Source of the DNA: a virus | Taxonomy: Duplodnaviria; Caudoviricetes | Length of the DNA: 64,000 bases | IMG/VR virus record: IMGVR_UViG_3300028805_000048 | Strand: one strand, 5' to 3' | Shown here: positions 7,160 through 18,713 of the stretch, piece after piece | How the letters are laid out: every line of letters begins with the position of its first letter | Position numbering within the stretch: the stretch's first letter is position 1 | Translations under genes and position numbers: made by a program | The notes under the pieces: generated by a model | What the model saw: the letters and a program-made list of their open reading frames with translations, nothing else | What the model was told of the DNA's origin: nothing | Databases searched by the model: none

Positions 7160-7850
7160 AGAATAAAAAAATAAGATTAGTAATATAAAGCGACACGACT
7201 AATAAATAGACTTTTGTCGCTAGATAAAAAAGAAGCGGAATAGGAATAGAACAGGAAGGAAGAAAACGAGAACAAGATAAGGAATGATCAAGACTTTTAT
7301 ATGATCTAAACAGATCGAATAAAGGTCTGTTAAAGGTTAGTTAGTATGAAATCAATCAAGACGGTTGAATCCGACCTACTGAAATTAGAATATTGTCTAC
7401 TTTGTTATACGTAAACGGCGTGGGGCCGGCGGCGTGGTGGGCGGCCACGTCGTAAAAAATCACTTTGTTTTTTATAAATATGTACGTTGTATTTTTTATA
7501 TATTATTATAAAAACATAAAATAAATAAAATAAAACATATATAAAATTTATATTTATTTATTTTAATTCAAAAAATCAAAATAAAATATATAAAAAACAA
7601 CTTTGCAAATTTTATTATAAAAAATCAAATTTAACTTTGCAAAAATAAAATATCTACTTTGTTTTTAAAATATTTATAATAAAATTATAAATTAAATAAT
7701 AAAATATATATAAAATTTATATATTTAATTTATCAAAAATAATAAAATAAAAAATATATTATATAAGCTTTATATTAAAATAAATAAAGTTTTTATAATA
7801 TATTATTATACTCAACTTTAACATTAACTTTAACGTCATGAAAGGAGTAA
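7160..7850. other. Large non-coding region: candidate replication origin or genome terminus
   Basis: Purine-skewed tract, 37-bp GC island at 7416-7452, then ~380 bp almost pure A/T with repeated ACTTTG boxes. Confidence 0.45.
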
Positions 7851-7854
7851 AGCC

Positions 7855-8226
7855 ATGACAACACGTAAATCTGTAAAATCAATCGAAACATCTGCAACTG
7901 AAGCTAAAGGCTTCGACTTATCTGCGGCTTTAGCTGCTGCAGCTGAAGCTCCTAAGTCTTCGCGTACTCGTACCAGCTCTGGCGAAAGCGATAGACTCAA
8001 TGTCATCACTCAAATACTCGATGCAGCTGGTCCTTCTGGTTTAGCTATGCCACAAATAAAAGCTGCATACTTTGCTGGTAAAGGTATTGTGCCTACAAAG
8101 AAAGAAGAAAAGCAGGTATATGAGACTGTATTCCAACACAGCGACGCTTGCCACAATAAAACGTGGAAAGAAAGTAAAGTAGTCTTTACACGTGATGAGA
8201 GCGGGGCTTACAGCTTAAAGAAGTAA
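7855..8226 (+). CDS. Hypothetical early protein, possibly winged-helix-like
   Basis: Strong SD tgaaaggag; Ala-rich; higher GC than neighbours. Confidence 0.7.
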   Translation: MTTRKSVKSIETSATEAKGFDLSAALAAAAEAPKSSRTRTSSGESDRLNVITQILDAAGPSGLAMPQIKAAYFAGKGIVPTKKEEKQVYETVFQHSDACHNKTWKESKVVFTRDESGAYSLKK

Positions 8227-8247
8227 GCGGCCCAGCCTACCCCCGGC

Positions 8248-8299
8248 CTAAGCACTGAAGATTGCCCTGCTATCGAGCAGGGCTTTCTTGAATGCTTAG
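8248..8299 (+). repeat. Intergenic stem-loop repeat copy 1 (RNase III site-like)
   Basis: ctaagcactgaagatt...tttcttgaatgctta flanks, identical to copy 2. Confidence 0.7.
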
Positions 8300-8352
8300 C
8301 TTTGTGAGCGGCGTTCAGTTTGATAATCAATATTTTTAAAGGAGTAAAGCAA

Positions 8353-8505
8353 ATGATTATTGTAAAAAATGAAAACGGCACTTATACGTTACGTGATAAA
8401 GATTTTAATATGGATATTGCAAACGGCACTCTTATGCAAATGAAGCAATTAAAAGCACAAATCGATGCTTGTGGTCGTGAGCAGAACTTAACATTAGCGG
8501 CATAA
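8353..8505 (+). CDS. Small hypothetical early protein
   Basis: SD aaaggag; start revised from 8320. Confidence 0.65.
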   Translation: MIIVKNENGTYTLRDKDFNMDIANGTLMQMKQLKAQIDACGREQNLTLAA

Positions 8506-8523
8506 CAGTTCGAGCCCCGCTTT

Positions 8524-8579
8524 CTAAGCACTGAAGATTCTATCGAGCGTCGTTTGCTCGGTAGTTTCTTGAATGCTTA
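8524..8579 (+). repeat. Intergenic stem-loop repeat copy 2
   Basis: Same flanks as copy 1 with a different inner hairpin. Confidence 0.7.
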
Positions 8580-8704
8580 TGAAATTTTTTGAAAGGAGGC
8601 ATATTATGAAAAAAGTTTTATAAAATTTCTGTGTTTTTAAAAATATAAATATTTGAAATCACTAATTTTAATTTGTTTTTTAATATGTAACTGAAAGGAG
8701 TAAT

Positions 8705-9076
8705 ATGGAAGCAGCAAATGTTCAACCGTTGACAGCTGAAGAAATCGAACAAAGACGAAAAGAAAACATTAAACGTGTATGTAATTTCGTCGGCGTTAAA
8801 CAATCAGTTGTTCAAACAACAAGTGTAAACAATTCTGTGTCTACAAACAATGGACAGACTGCTGCAAGAAGCTGTAGTCTTAAAGAATTTGATACACAAA
8901 TAATCGATATCTTAAATGCATCAGATGGACCGCAGAGTCCTAAACAGATACATGCTATTCTGGAAAACAATGGTGTAACAAGATATACAACAAAAAATGT
9001 ATGTGATAAGTGCTGGAATCTTAAAAAGAAAGGTCTTATCGCAAAAGCTGGCAAAGGTCAGTATTCAAAATTATAA
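8705..9076 (+). CDS. Winged-helix DNA-binding protein
   Basis: IIDILN..GPQSPKQI..IL...V...CWNLKKKGLI.K.GKGQY pattern. Confidence 0.6.
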   Translation: MEAANVQPLTAEEIEQRRKENIKRVCNFVGVKQSVVQTTSVNNSVSTNNGQTAARSCSLKEFDTQIIDILNASDGPQSPKQIHAILENNGVTRYTTKNVCDKCWNLKKKGLIAKAGKGQYSKL

Positions 9077-9082
9077 AAAAAA

Positions 9083-9156
9083 TGACCGTAGAATGCTAAT
9101 AATTAGAAAAAACGATAAACTAATCATGAAATTATAAAAAGTGCATTCTACGGTCA
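9083..9156. repeat. Spaced inverted repeat ACCGTAGAAT element, copy 1
   Basis: 14-bp perfect IR tgaccgtagaatgc/gcattctacggtca with a 46-nt spacer. Confidence 0.7.
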
Positions 9157-9498
9157 AAAAAAGTATGTTAAAATCGATTCATTTAGTTTTGAAAGGATAA
9201 AGTCATGTTTATTTATATCATAAAATCTGAAGTTAATGAGTATGGTGAACGTCATATTGATAAAGTCGTAAAAGATGTTGCTATTCATCATAAAAGTGGT
9301 ATTTATGTAACAGAAAAGAATGGATTTGTAAAAGATAGAGATGTAATGCTTGCTTATACAGCTGAAAAATTGAAAGAATTAGTATTGTCAAATGCTTGGA
9401 ATGGCTATTTCAGTAAAGATTTGTGTCATCAATATAAAGCACAAACTTTAGTTGAACAAACCTTGCTAAGAAATGCAAAAGCTAGACAAGTCGCATAA

Positions 9499-9624
9499 AA
9501 TAGACAAGAAATTATTATTGTGTCTATTTTTTGTCTAAAAGTTAAGTCATTGATTTTAAACAATTTAGACAAAATTTCCCGAAGGAAAAAATAAAAAGTT
9601 TGTTGATTAAAAATAGACAAAAAT
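9499..9624. repeat. ~125 bp IHF-site/TAGACA-box element, copy 1
   Basis: TAAGTCATTGATT (IHF consensus) flanked by AATAGACA/TGTCTA boxes; second copy at 30793. Confidence 0.8.
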
Positions 9625-12600
9625 TTTATGGAAGGAAGGTATAACATGAAACAAAAATTGATTAAGATTGTTAAAGTTAGTTGTTTAACAATCATGTTAA
9701 TGTTATTATTACTTGTTGTTGCATTTTTAATATCATCCATCGCATATTTTTTATCAAGTGATTATATAGGAATAATATTCTTTTTCTGTTGTGTATTTGC
9801 ATTTCTTTTTTGGTTGATTTGGAATGATATTTTATCCAATCCATCAAATGATAAAGAATCAAAGTAATATGGAACATGTTATTCTTATAGCACTTTTTTG
9901 TATGATTGGTTATCTTGTATCTGAGATATCTAGATTACATAAGAAGTTTGATCTTGCTGTTCATGGATTAATTGAAGGTATAGGCAACAATGATAGAATG
10001 ATTTATGAAAAACTTAATGATATTGAAAGGGAGATTTATGATGAAAAAGCAAACAGAAACTAATGAAACAGAATTACATTTTGTAAATACACTTACGCAT
10101 GACAAACATAATCCATTAACTTGTGGATTTTGTTTGAGTTATTCTGGTGCTGGAAATGTAAAGCTTGTTCAACACAATGGATTCGATAATATAACTGATG
10201 AAGACATTGAAAAATTTGAGCAAGTCGTTGCTATGCTGAAACTTATGAAATTCGCCAAAGAAAAGGAGCTAAAGAAATGAGTAAATCAACACTTGATAAA
10301 TTAGCAAAGTTAATATCACACTATTGTGAAATACATAATATTATATCAGATGAAAAATTTAAAAACGATATAGAAAAACTTAGCCTTGGTGAAGAAAATT
10401 TACAGGCTTTAGACATTGGAGCTGATGCTGCAATAACGTTAATAACACAAATAAGGAGTAAATGTTATGACAAAGATATTACCTGAAGTTGCTATTGCCT
10501 TGGTTGTAGTTAAACCAGGCAGTGCAAACAGTCAAATGATTTTAGTCGATAACACTGAAGGGTAGGTGTAATTATGTATATAGTAGAAGTAATTGAACAT
10601 GATATGCTATTGACTAATGACTCCAATGTTGTACAAACATATGATGGAGTTCATTTGGTTGAAAGTAGTACTAATGTAGAAAGACGTAAAGTTGTTGGTG
10701 TATTTCACGATAAAGATAAAGCGGAAAAATGTCGTCGTCTTCAACCAGAATTTAAAGAAGATAACGAATATCAAGATTGGGAACCTAAAGTTGTTATACG
10801 TGAAATAGATTCAGATATATAGGAGGTATGAAATGATTAAAGAGTTATAATTTGATAGTCTAATTTAATTGTTTACTTTTTAGAATTTATAGTTTATATT
10901 TTGGATTAACTAACTGATAGGAGTGGTCATGTAAGAAAGACATATTACGTCTGTTTATTATTAAGTATTTGTTTTAATTTAACTTTTTGAAAGGAGATAA
11001 ACAATGAAATATTATTTATTTGCTATGCTACCTAATATTAAAACACTATTTGAAGTTATAATAGCGTTTTTATTTGTGTTTGCTGTGATTGGTTTTATCG
11101 CAACCGCTGAAGATGAAAATACGTTAATTAAAGAAAAAGATAAAGAGTCAGATTTTAGAGCAATTAAATTATCTTTTGTTCTTGGTTGTATATTTTCTTT
11201 AATTATAACATTTATTCCTAATCAAAAGCAGTTAGCTTTTATTATAGCTGCACCATATATCGTAGAGAACCAACAGCTGCAAGAAGCTGGTAAGAACTCT
11301 GCAGAGATTATAAAACTTGGTACAGAATATCTTAAACAAAGTTTGTCAAATGAAATAAAGGAAGGAGGTATGAAATGACAATAATATGGAAACTCAAATG
11401 TTTATTAAGTCGTTTAAACTTTATAAACAAAGTAACTGTAGTTAAATTTCCATATGTATGTTTGTATGGTAAAAATAAAAGCAATCTATTATTTACTGTT
11501 CATTATTTTGAAGGCTTTAATCCATTAAGTTGCTATTTGGATATAGAAATTTCACAACAAGGATCAACTAATACATATAATATTTATGCTGGAGGTATAG
11601 AAGGTGATGAAGATTATTATAAAAAGGTAATGGATAACAATACATATTCTAGCGTATTGAATGCATTAATGAAACAATTTAATTTAAACTTAATTAAGTT
11701 TGATAAAACTGCTTATAAAGAAACAGTAGTTAAAAGTTGGCGAACTACTTGGGAAAGCAAATATAAAATAGGTACTATCGATAAGGTCGAAGTACAGAAA
11801 CTTATAACCCGTTTGAAAAATAAAGAATTTCCTTGTTTAATAAGTTGATAAAAGAAAGGAGTAAAGCTATGACTAGATCACACATAACAGCAAATGAGCT
11901 TAAGAAAGCTGCAGACCATATAGCTGAGACTAAAGGAAAAAGTGGTTATTATCATTGGAAAATACCTAATAAATACCATAAAGACATATCTATTGTTCTT
12001 GACTGGGTAAGTATTTTTGACTGGGAAAATGGTTATGATAGGAATGGTTCTTTTAAAGATAAATATCATGATGGTATCCGGAGACTTGCTTTTAAAGTTG
12101 GTTATCAACCAGACGATACAAGTGAATATTATGATTATCATATAGACTTAGATCATGAGTATTGGCAGTATGGTATATATGAAACAACAGACTTTAAAGC
12201 GTTAGCTAAAATGATTAACCAGCATGTTGATGAGAAAATTGAACATTGGAAATTGGTAAGCAGCGAGTAATATTAAATATTTTAACCTAATGTTTTAAGG
12301 AGAATAAGTGATGAAACAAAAGATTATAGAAAAGTTTGTAGAAGGTGTTGCAGAGGCAAGTGGAATTGTATTCACAATCCTTATTGTAGCAGCTGTTGTA
12401 AAATTATTTCAGTGAGGTAAATAATAATAAATAAGAATTATTTTGTTTACTTTTTAGAAAATATAGTTTATATTTCTAATTTGATATGAAAGGAGTAAAG
12501 CGATGATTAAAATTGTAAGAAATCTTGGAAAGATATATGCTTATTGCTACAAAAATAGTAATAAGCACATGATTGCACATAAATTATCTTATAGACGTAG

Positions 12601-15172
12601 AGCAATAATTGATAAAGACGAAGTTGTTCTTGAATGTGAAGTCATAGGAATATATTATGATCGTGGGAATAGTTTTGTTGGACTAGAATATGAAAAAGTT
12701 TTAGAAATGCTTAACATAAAACCTGAAAAACCAGAATATGCAAATGTAGCATTAGAATATATTAAATGCCCATATGATTCACAGCATCCATATGGAATGG
12801 AAACAATAACTATTGATGGTATTACATATGATAAATATGCATTGGTTATTACTGGTAAAGAACTTGAAAGATCTGAAAAAGATTTTGAGCAGCTTAAAAA
12901 ACTTGTAGATAAAGATGCTGAACATAAATTGAATAAAGTATTTGTTGAACAATCAGTGAATACTGTATTGTCTAAATATGGTATGAAATTTAATGCTTTA
13001 GAACATGAGGTTAGTTGGGATCAAAGTAAATTAAGTGATTTGATTATTGATTATCTTAATAATACCATGATTAAAGAGCTTAAAGAAATTGGTATTGATG
13101 CAGAATTGAATACAAATATTCTTGGTCAATACAGTGGTCATCCACTACTGAATGTACCAATCTATAAACGTAAATTTAAAATCAACCTTAAATCTGAAGG
13201 AGAATGAACATGACTACTAAATATATTTTGATATATACTGACTTTGGCGATACTTGTGATGGTCTTGCTAGAGAAGCTGGTGTATTCAATTCACAAGATG
13301 AAGCGTATGAGGAAATGCGTGCTGATGTTGAGCTGTATCTTCAAGAAAATCACAATAATCCAAATGCAGAAGTAACTGAAGAAAATGATGAATATATCTT
13401 GGTTGGTGATAATCAAGATGGTTGTCAATGGCAAATCTTAGAAGTGGAGGTGTAATATGCTGAAAACATTAAATAATGTTGAAATAATTATAATAGAAGA
13501 TAAAGTTTATTATAATTATAATGGTACACTATATACCAAAGAACAATTTGAAGATACATATTTTCAGCATACAGATACGTCTTCAAAACAACAGAAAGAG
13601 ATTGAAGATTTGTTTGATGATGATGGTAATATCCGTATTAAACTACAAGCAAATGATTATGTCAAATTCAGTTTTTATAACGAATATGATGAACATGTTT
13701 GGGATGAAGGTATAATTGTATATGCTGAATATGATGACAATGATAGAATGAGAGATTTTTATAAAGTTAAAACGCGTGATAATTCTAATGAAGTTATTAG
13801 CATCTATGGTCGTGACATTGATGAAGCATGGAGGTAAGTAATGTGGTTTATAATGTTTTTGATACTCATAAGTGATTTAGATGATAGGATAATACTTGCT
13901 TGTTTTATATGTTGTTGCTTAACACAGGCTTATATAAATCATCTAGATCATAAAAGGCAGTCAGTTTTAGATACTGTTATAGTAAGAGCATCTGAAACTA
14001 ACGATAAATTAATTCAACGTTTACAAGAAAGGATAAACAGTGATGACTAATTATGAATTATATATAGACACGCTGAAATCTTTAGCATCTAGTCAAGGAT
14101 GTTATGCTAGAGCTTTAGATGAGTTTAATAAAATGTCTGATGAAGAAAAAGAACGCCTTGAAAAAGAACTAAACCAATTGCATCAAATGAAAGATCAAGC
14201 TGAAATGTGTATGTTTCTTGAAGATGGGTTATCTTCTGAAGATGATGAAACTGAAAAGAAATATGGTAAAGATGTTTTAGCTTGGACTTCATATGATATT
14301 AATGGTGACATATACGAATGCTATGTTTTAGATGATGGAGATTATTATAACATTCATGTAATAAGTCCAGATTATAGAGATGATGAAACGAATACTTTAA
14401 GACTTCAAGAACCTAAAGATGTAGCTAATCTTGAAACACTTAAAAGTAAAGCTTATATGTTATCTAGAATATTTGAGTTTGCTTTATGGCATGAATGTTA
14501 TGGTGATAATGGTAAACATTATGACTTTAACATAACTTATGAAGAGACTGATTTATAAAAATATTTTTTGTGTATAAGATTATTTGTTAACTATTTATTA
14601 ATAATTATAGGATATAAACAAACCGTTGTTAATTTAATTTTTTAACCGGGAGGTGTAAACATGAGCAGAAAGAAGTATAAAGATTATACTATTGAAGAGA
14701 TTAAAGCTGAACTTGCTGAATTCGATAAGACATATGATCGTCAGCATGGTCGTGCTGGTATTGAGCTAGACGATCCTGAAGCTGAAAAGAGACGTCTATG
14801 GAATAATCTCGTATCAAGACGTTCAAGAAAAGCTCGTAAAGAAGCTCATCAGCGTCATGATAAAGCAGTGAGAGAAGCTCTTCATCTTCATGATGGTGAA
14901 GATGAATGGGGAATAGCTCCTGTAGATGAAAGACGTTATAGAAGCAAATTCAAGTCTGGATATATTGGAGCACCTGTTAAAGTTGAATACATTCGTAGAA
15001 TGACAGGACTTAAGTTATTTCAAATGTATCAACTTCAAGAAAGAACAGGTCTTATTCCTACACCAAGAATTACCAAAGAACAAGCGGATGCAGATTATCA
15101 AAGATGCATAAGAACAGGAGATATATACTAAGTATTATTCTAAAGAACACGTTTCCTTCCGTGGTTAGAGGG

Positions 15173-15201
15173 ATGTCCTGAATATGACATTAAACTATTC
15201 A
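15173..15201 (+). other. Compact H-type pseudoknot
   Basis: atgtc/gacat stem 1, tgaata/tattca stem 2. Confidence 0.55.
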
Positions 15202-16961
15202 ATTTGTAGAAAGGTAAGTGATTGATTTGATTTATGCTTTACTCCCATTTCAATCACTTATCTGCTTCTAAATGTATAACACCTAAATATGAAAGGAAGG
15301 TCAATTATGACAAATGAAGTAAGAGAACTAACAGAAGACGAAATCAAAGCATTGGCAGCTGCACAATCAGATTACAAAGCTGCTGAAGTAAGATTTAAGC
15401 TTCTTAAAGATACATTAACTGCTAACATTACAATTGGTAAGCATATCGGTAAATCAGGTATTGTTACCAAAGCAATGGTTAAAAGACAAGTAATAGATTA
15501 TAAGAAATTACTTGCTGATCATCCAGAGATTGATGTATCTGAATATACCACGGATACTGAATATCCTATGGTTACTGTTACACCTCTCGTCGAAGAAAGC
15601 AAAAAGTTTTCTTTGTTCAAATAAACCTGTAACCAAGGAGAATGGAGGCTGGTTGTCTTAGTCTAGATAATCAGCCTCTAAATGTATTAACTCAAGTTAT
15701 TGAAAGGAAACGAAAATGTTCGATAAATTTAAAGAATATTGGGATACGTTAAACATAAAACAAAAGAATGCATTATACGCTAGATATGGAGGTTCATCTT
15801 TTATCTATAAAAAAGATTCATACGATCGCTATGAAGAACCCGAATTAAGATTTCCAACAGCATTTGCTACATTGGATCCAGAAAAGTATAAAGAAGAAAT
15901 AGCTGCTGTTGAATTAGCTCATAGCGATGATCGATATGCTGATGCAATGAACTTTGATAAAATAATGTATATTACAAATTTTATGTGTAAGAATACAAAT
16001 TTTATATCAAAAGAACAATATGAAGCTGAACTAAATAATTATCTTGAGAAAGGCTGTGGTGAATTAAACTTCAATAGATATTCTAAAATATTTACTGAAG
16101 AGCAATTCATGACGTTCTTGAAAGCATTTTTTGTAGAACACGCTAATGATCTTAGTTCTATGGCATCTATTCAGTTTTCTTTATTAATGTCTGATGATCC
16201 CAAAAGCTTTGATTATACACAGATTGGAGATTGTAATTGGAAATACTTATTTTATACTAAAGATCAGTTAAAAGCCGATGTCATTAAAGATCCAGATAAT
16301 CTTAGAAAGATTGAAGATGTTTTCTGTAGAGGTGGAAATACTGAACTTGATCAGATGTATACAAATATGTATAATAATATCACAGAAGGAAGTTTCAATT
16401 ATAAAGATGAAACAGAAAAAGCCTTACGTGATGCACTCATTATACAAAAATATAAGTATGCACCATTACATGACTTCATACAAGACATATTAACTATAGA
16501 TATCCAGTTTGGTAGGTTACTTGTACCTTTATTAAAAGCAGCTAATCGTACTGAATATCATATTAAAACATCAGTTAATGATGTAGTTAATAGTAAGAAA
16601 TGCATTCGTGATTGGATCAGCATATCTGGTATTGATGATAAAGAGATATCAGAAGAAACATATCTTGGTCGTGAACTAACAGATATAGAGAAAAACGAAT
16701 ATAGATATAGTAAGACAATACGTCAAATGTGTTATCTTGCTAGGTGCTGTATGCTAAGACGTATACCAACATCAAAAATGTCTTTTGTTGGTAATGGTTT
16801 AGCTATCGTACAATTGTTCGATTATGATTGGGATAAAATATGGGATTCGATGTACGGACATCTTACAAATGAAGATGTCTAAAAAATAGCTTTACAAATT
16901 AGAATTATTATGTTATTTTGTTTTTTAATCTAACCACATTTTCTATGAAAGGAAAAATATC

Positions 16962-18179
16962 ATGTCTAAAAACGAATTCAAAATGCCAACTTTTTCTATT
17001 GACACTATCAAAAAAGATGGTCACGAAATTCCAGGTATTAAAAGAATGTATGACATTGCTCTTGCAGTGAAAGATTCTATTATGCAATGGGGTGGTCCTG
17101 GTATTGGTAAATCTCAAGCCGTTCAACAGTGGAATGCTGAAAAGGTTGCTGAACTTAATAAGCGTATTGCAGCTGGTGAAAAGGTTAAACCTTGGGATCC
17201 AACAGTATGTGATATCCGTTTAAGTATGAAGGAGCCAGTTGATATGGTTGGTGTTCCTATGCCTTCTAAGGATGAACATGGTAACGTAGTTACTGTTTGG
17301 GCTACACCATCTGTATGGCCAAAAGGTGATAAGTTTTCTGGTGGTACAATCCACTTGGATGAAATGAACCAAGGTCAAGCAGCTATTCTTAATGCAGCTT
17401 TCCAGCTGATTCAAGATAGACAGCTTGGTGAATACAAAGTACCTGAAGGGTATTTGATTATTGCATCATCTAACCCTCCAGCTTTCAATAACACAGTAAC
17501 AGAATTATCTATTCCGTTATCAAACAGATTCAGTCACTTCAACATCGCTCCAGATTTTGATTCTTGGTTGAATTACAGAATGAATAACGGTGGTAATCTT
17601 GATGTTATGACATTCTTAAAGACTCAAGGGTCACAGATGTTATACGACAATGATACCATGAAACAAAGAATTGGTTCTGAAGCTGATGCTTTGTATACAG
17701 ATATTGCTGTTACACCAAGATCTTGGGAAGTAGTTGAAAAGGTATTAGCTTTGCCTGATGGATCTAAAGAAACAGGTGGATTCAGTATCGATGAAAAACA
17801 AAGATATTGTACAGGTCGTTTAGGTCTTATATTGACAGCTAAAGTCTTTAACTATATTAAAGAGAAAGCTAAATATCAAGATTGGCGTGAAATCTTGGTT
17901 GAAGGTAAAGACTTCAAATCTGAGGATATGAATGTATTCTGGGCTGTTCAGATGGCTTGTATGTCAGCAATGATTAACGAAAAGGATAATGATAAATGTC
18001 GTCAATATATCTTGAACTTCATTAAGGCTACAAGAAATCTTAAGTCTGATGCAAACAAGGTAATTAATGTATCAAGCTTAGCTAGAGCTGATAGAATTAC
18101 TTCAACTCCAGGTTTATTCGCTCCTCTTAAGGATTGCTTAGACTTGATTCAATTAGCTACAAAGGCTATTAAATCATAA
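16962..18179 (+). CDS. MoxR-like AAA+ ATPase
   Basis: Walker A GGPGIGKS, Walker B IHLDE, ASSN sensor, LSNRF arginine finger, TPRSW. Confidence 0.9.
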   Translation: MSKNEFKMPTFSIDTIKKDGHEIPGIKRMYDIALAVKDSIMQWGGPGIGKSQAVQQWNAEKVAELNKRIAAGEKVKPWDPTVCDIRLSMKEPVDMVGVPMPSKDEHGNVVTVWATPSVWPKGDKFSGGTIHLDEMNQGQAAILNAAFQLIQDRQLGEYKVPEGYLIIASSNPPAFNNTVTELSIPLSNRFSHFNIAPDFDSWLNYRMNNGGNLDVMTFLKTQGSQMLYDNDTMKQRIGSEADALYTDIAVTPRSWEVVEKVLALPDGSKETGGFSIDEKQRYCTGRLGLILTAKVFNYIKEKAKYQDWREILVEGKDFKSEDMNVFWAVQMACMSAMINEKDNDKCRQYILNFIKATRNLKSDANKVINVSSLARADRITSTPGLFAPLKDCLDLIQLATKAIKS

Positions 18180-18276
18180 TCAATAAATAAGTCTTTATGT
18201 TAAAACGTGAAGAGATTGGATACATCGTCTAATCTCTTCACATACTTTCTAACCACAAAACGAAAGGAACAAAATC

Positions 18277-18699
18277 ATGTATATGGATGTTAATCAAGAT
18301 GAATATGTTGTAAGACAGAATGATCATCTTCTAATCTTTCAGTGCTATATAAATGACATGACACTGGAGGAGAATACATTTACGCGACCATGTGCATCTA
18401 TTTATAAAGCAACTAAGTTTAGTTCTGTTGAAGAAGCTAAAAACGAAATAAACAAAGTAAAAGCACAAGATTTATCTGATATTGAAGTTGTGCAGATAAA
18501 AGATATTGTTGCTGAACAAAAAGCTAAAGCTGATAAAGAGTCAGATGAAATGATTAAGAATGCTTGGCGAAATACTTCTAGAGCTAAACAAGAAGAAATG
18601 CTTGAAAACCTTAGAAATAATAAAGGTGAAGAAGCAGTTCAAGAATGGCTTGATAAATATGGTCCATTAAATGAAATCGATGATTCAGAAACAGTATAA
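18277..18699 (+). CDS. Hypothetical protein between AAA and VWA genes
   Basis: ORF with SD gaaagga. Confidence 0.65.
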   Translation: MYMDVNQDEYVVRQNDHLLIFQCYINDMTLEENTFTRPCASIYKATKFSSVEEAKNEINKVKAQDLSDIEVVQIKDIVAEQKAKADKESDEMIKNAWRNTSRAKQEEMLENLRNNKGEEAVQEWLDKYGPLNEIDDSETV

Positions 18700-18713
18700 G
18701 AAAGGAGGTTACA

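Larger units (their letters stand above)
9205..16882 (+). other. Array of ~20 tightly packed hypothetical early genes (incl. 9205, 10574, 11004, 11375, 12503, 13204, 13457, 14040, 14661, 15289, 15716)
   Basis: Co-oriented ORFs with strong (t)gaaagga(g) SDs; no recognisable domains. Confidence 0.7.

Noticed and set aside
7460-7830. CRISPR array or regular tandem repeat
   Set aside because: Repeats are irregular AT-rich segments without constant repeat-spacer periodicity; no cas genes.
8248-8579. Hammerhead ribozymes (CTGAAGA followed by a stem)
   Set aside because: The required GAAA after stem II is absent (TTTC instead), and CTGAAGA pairs into the long stem.
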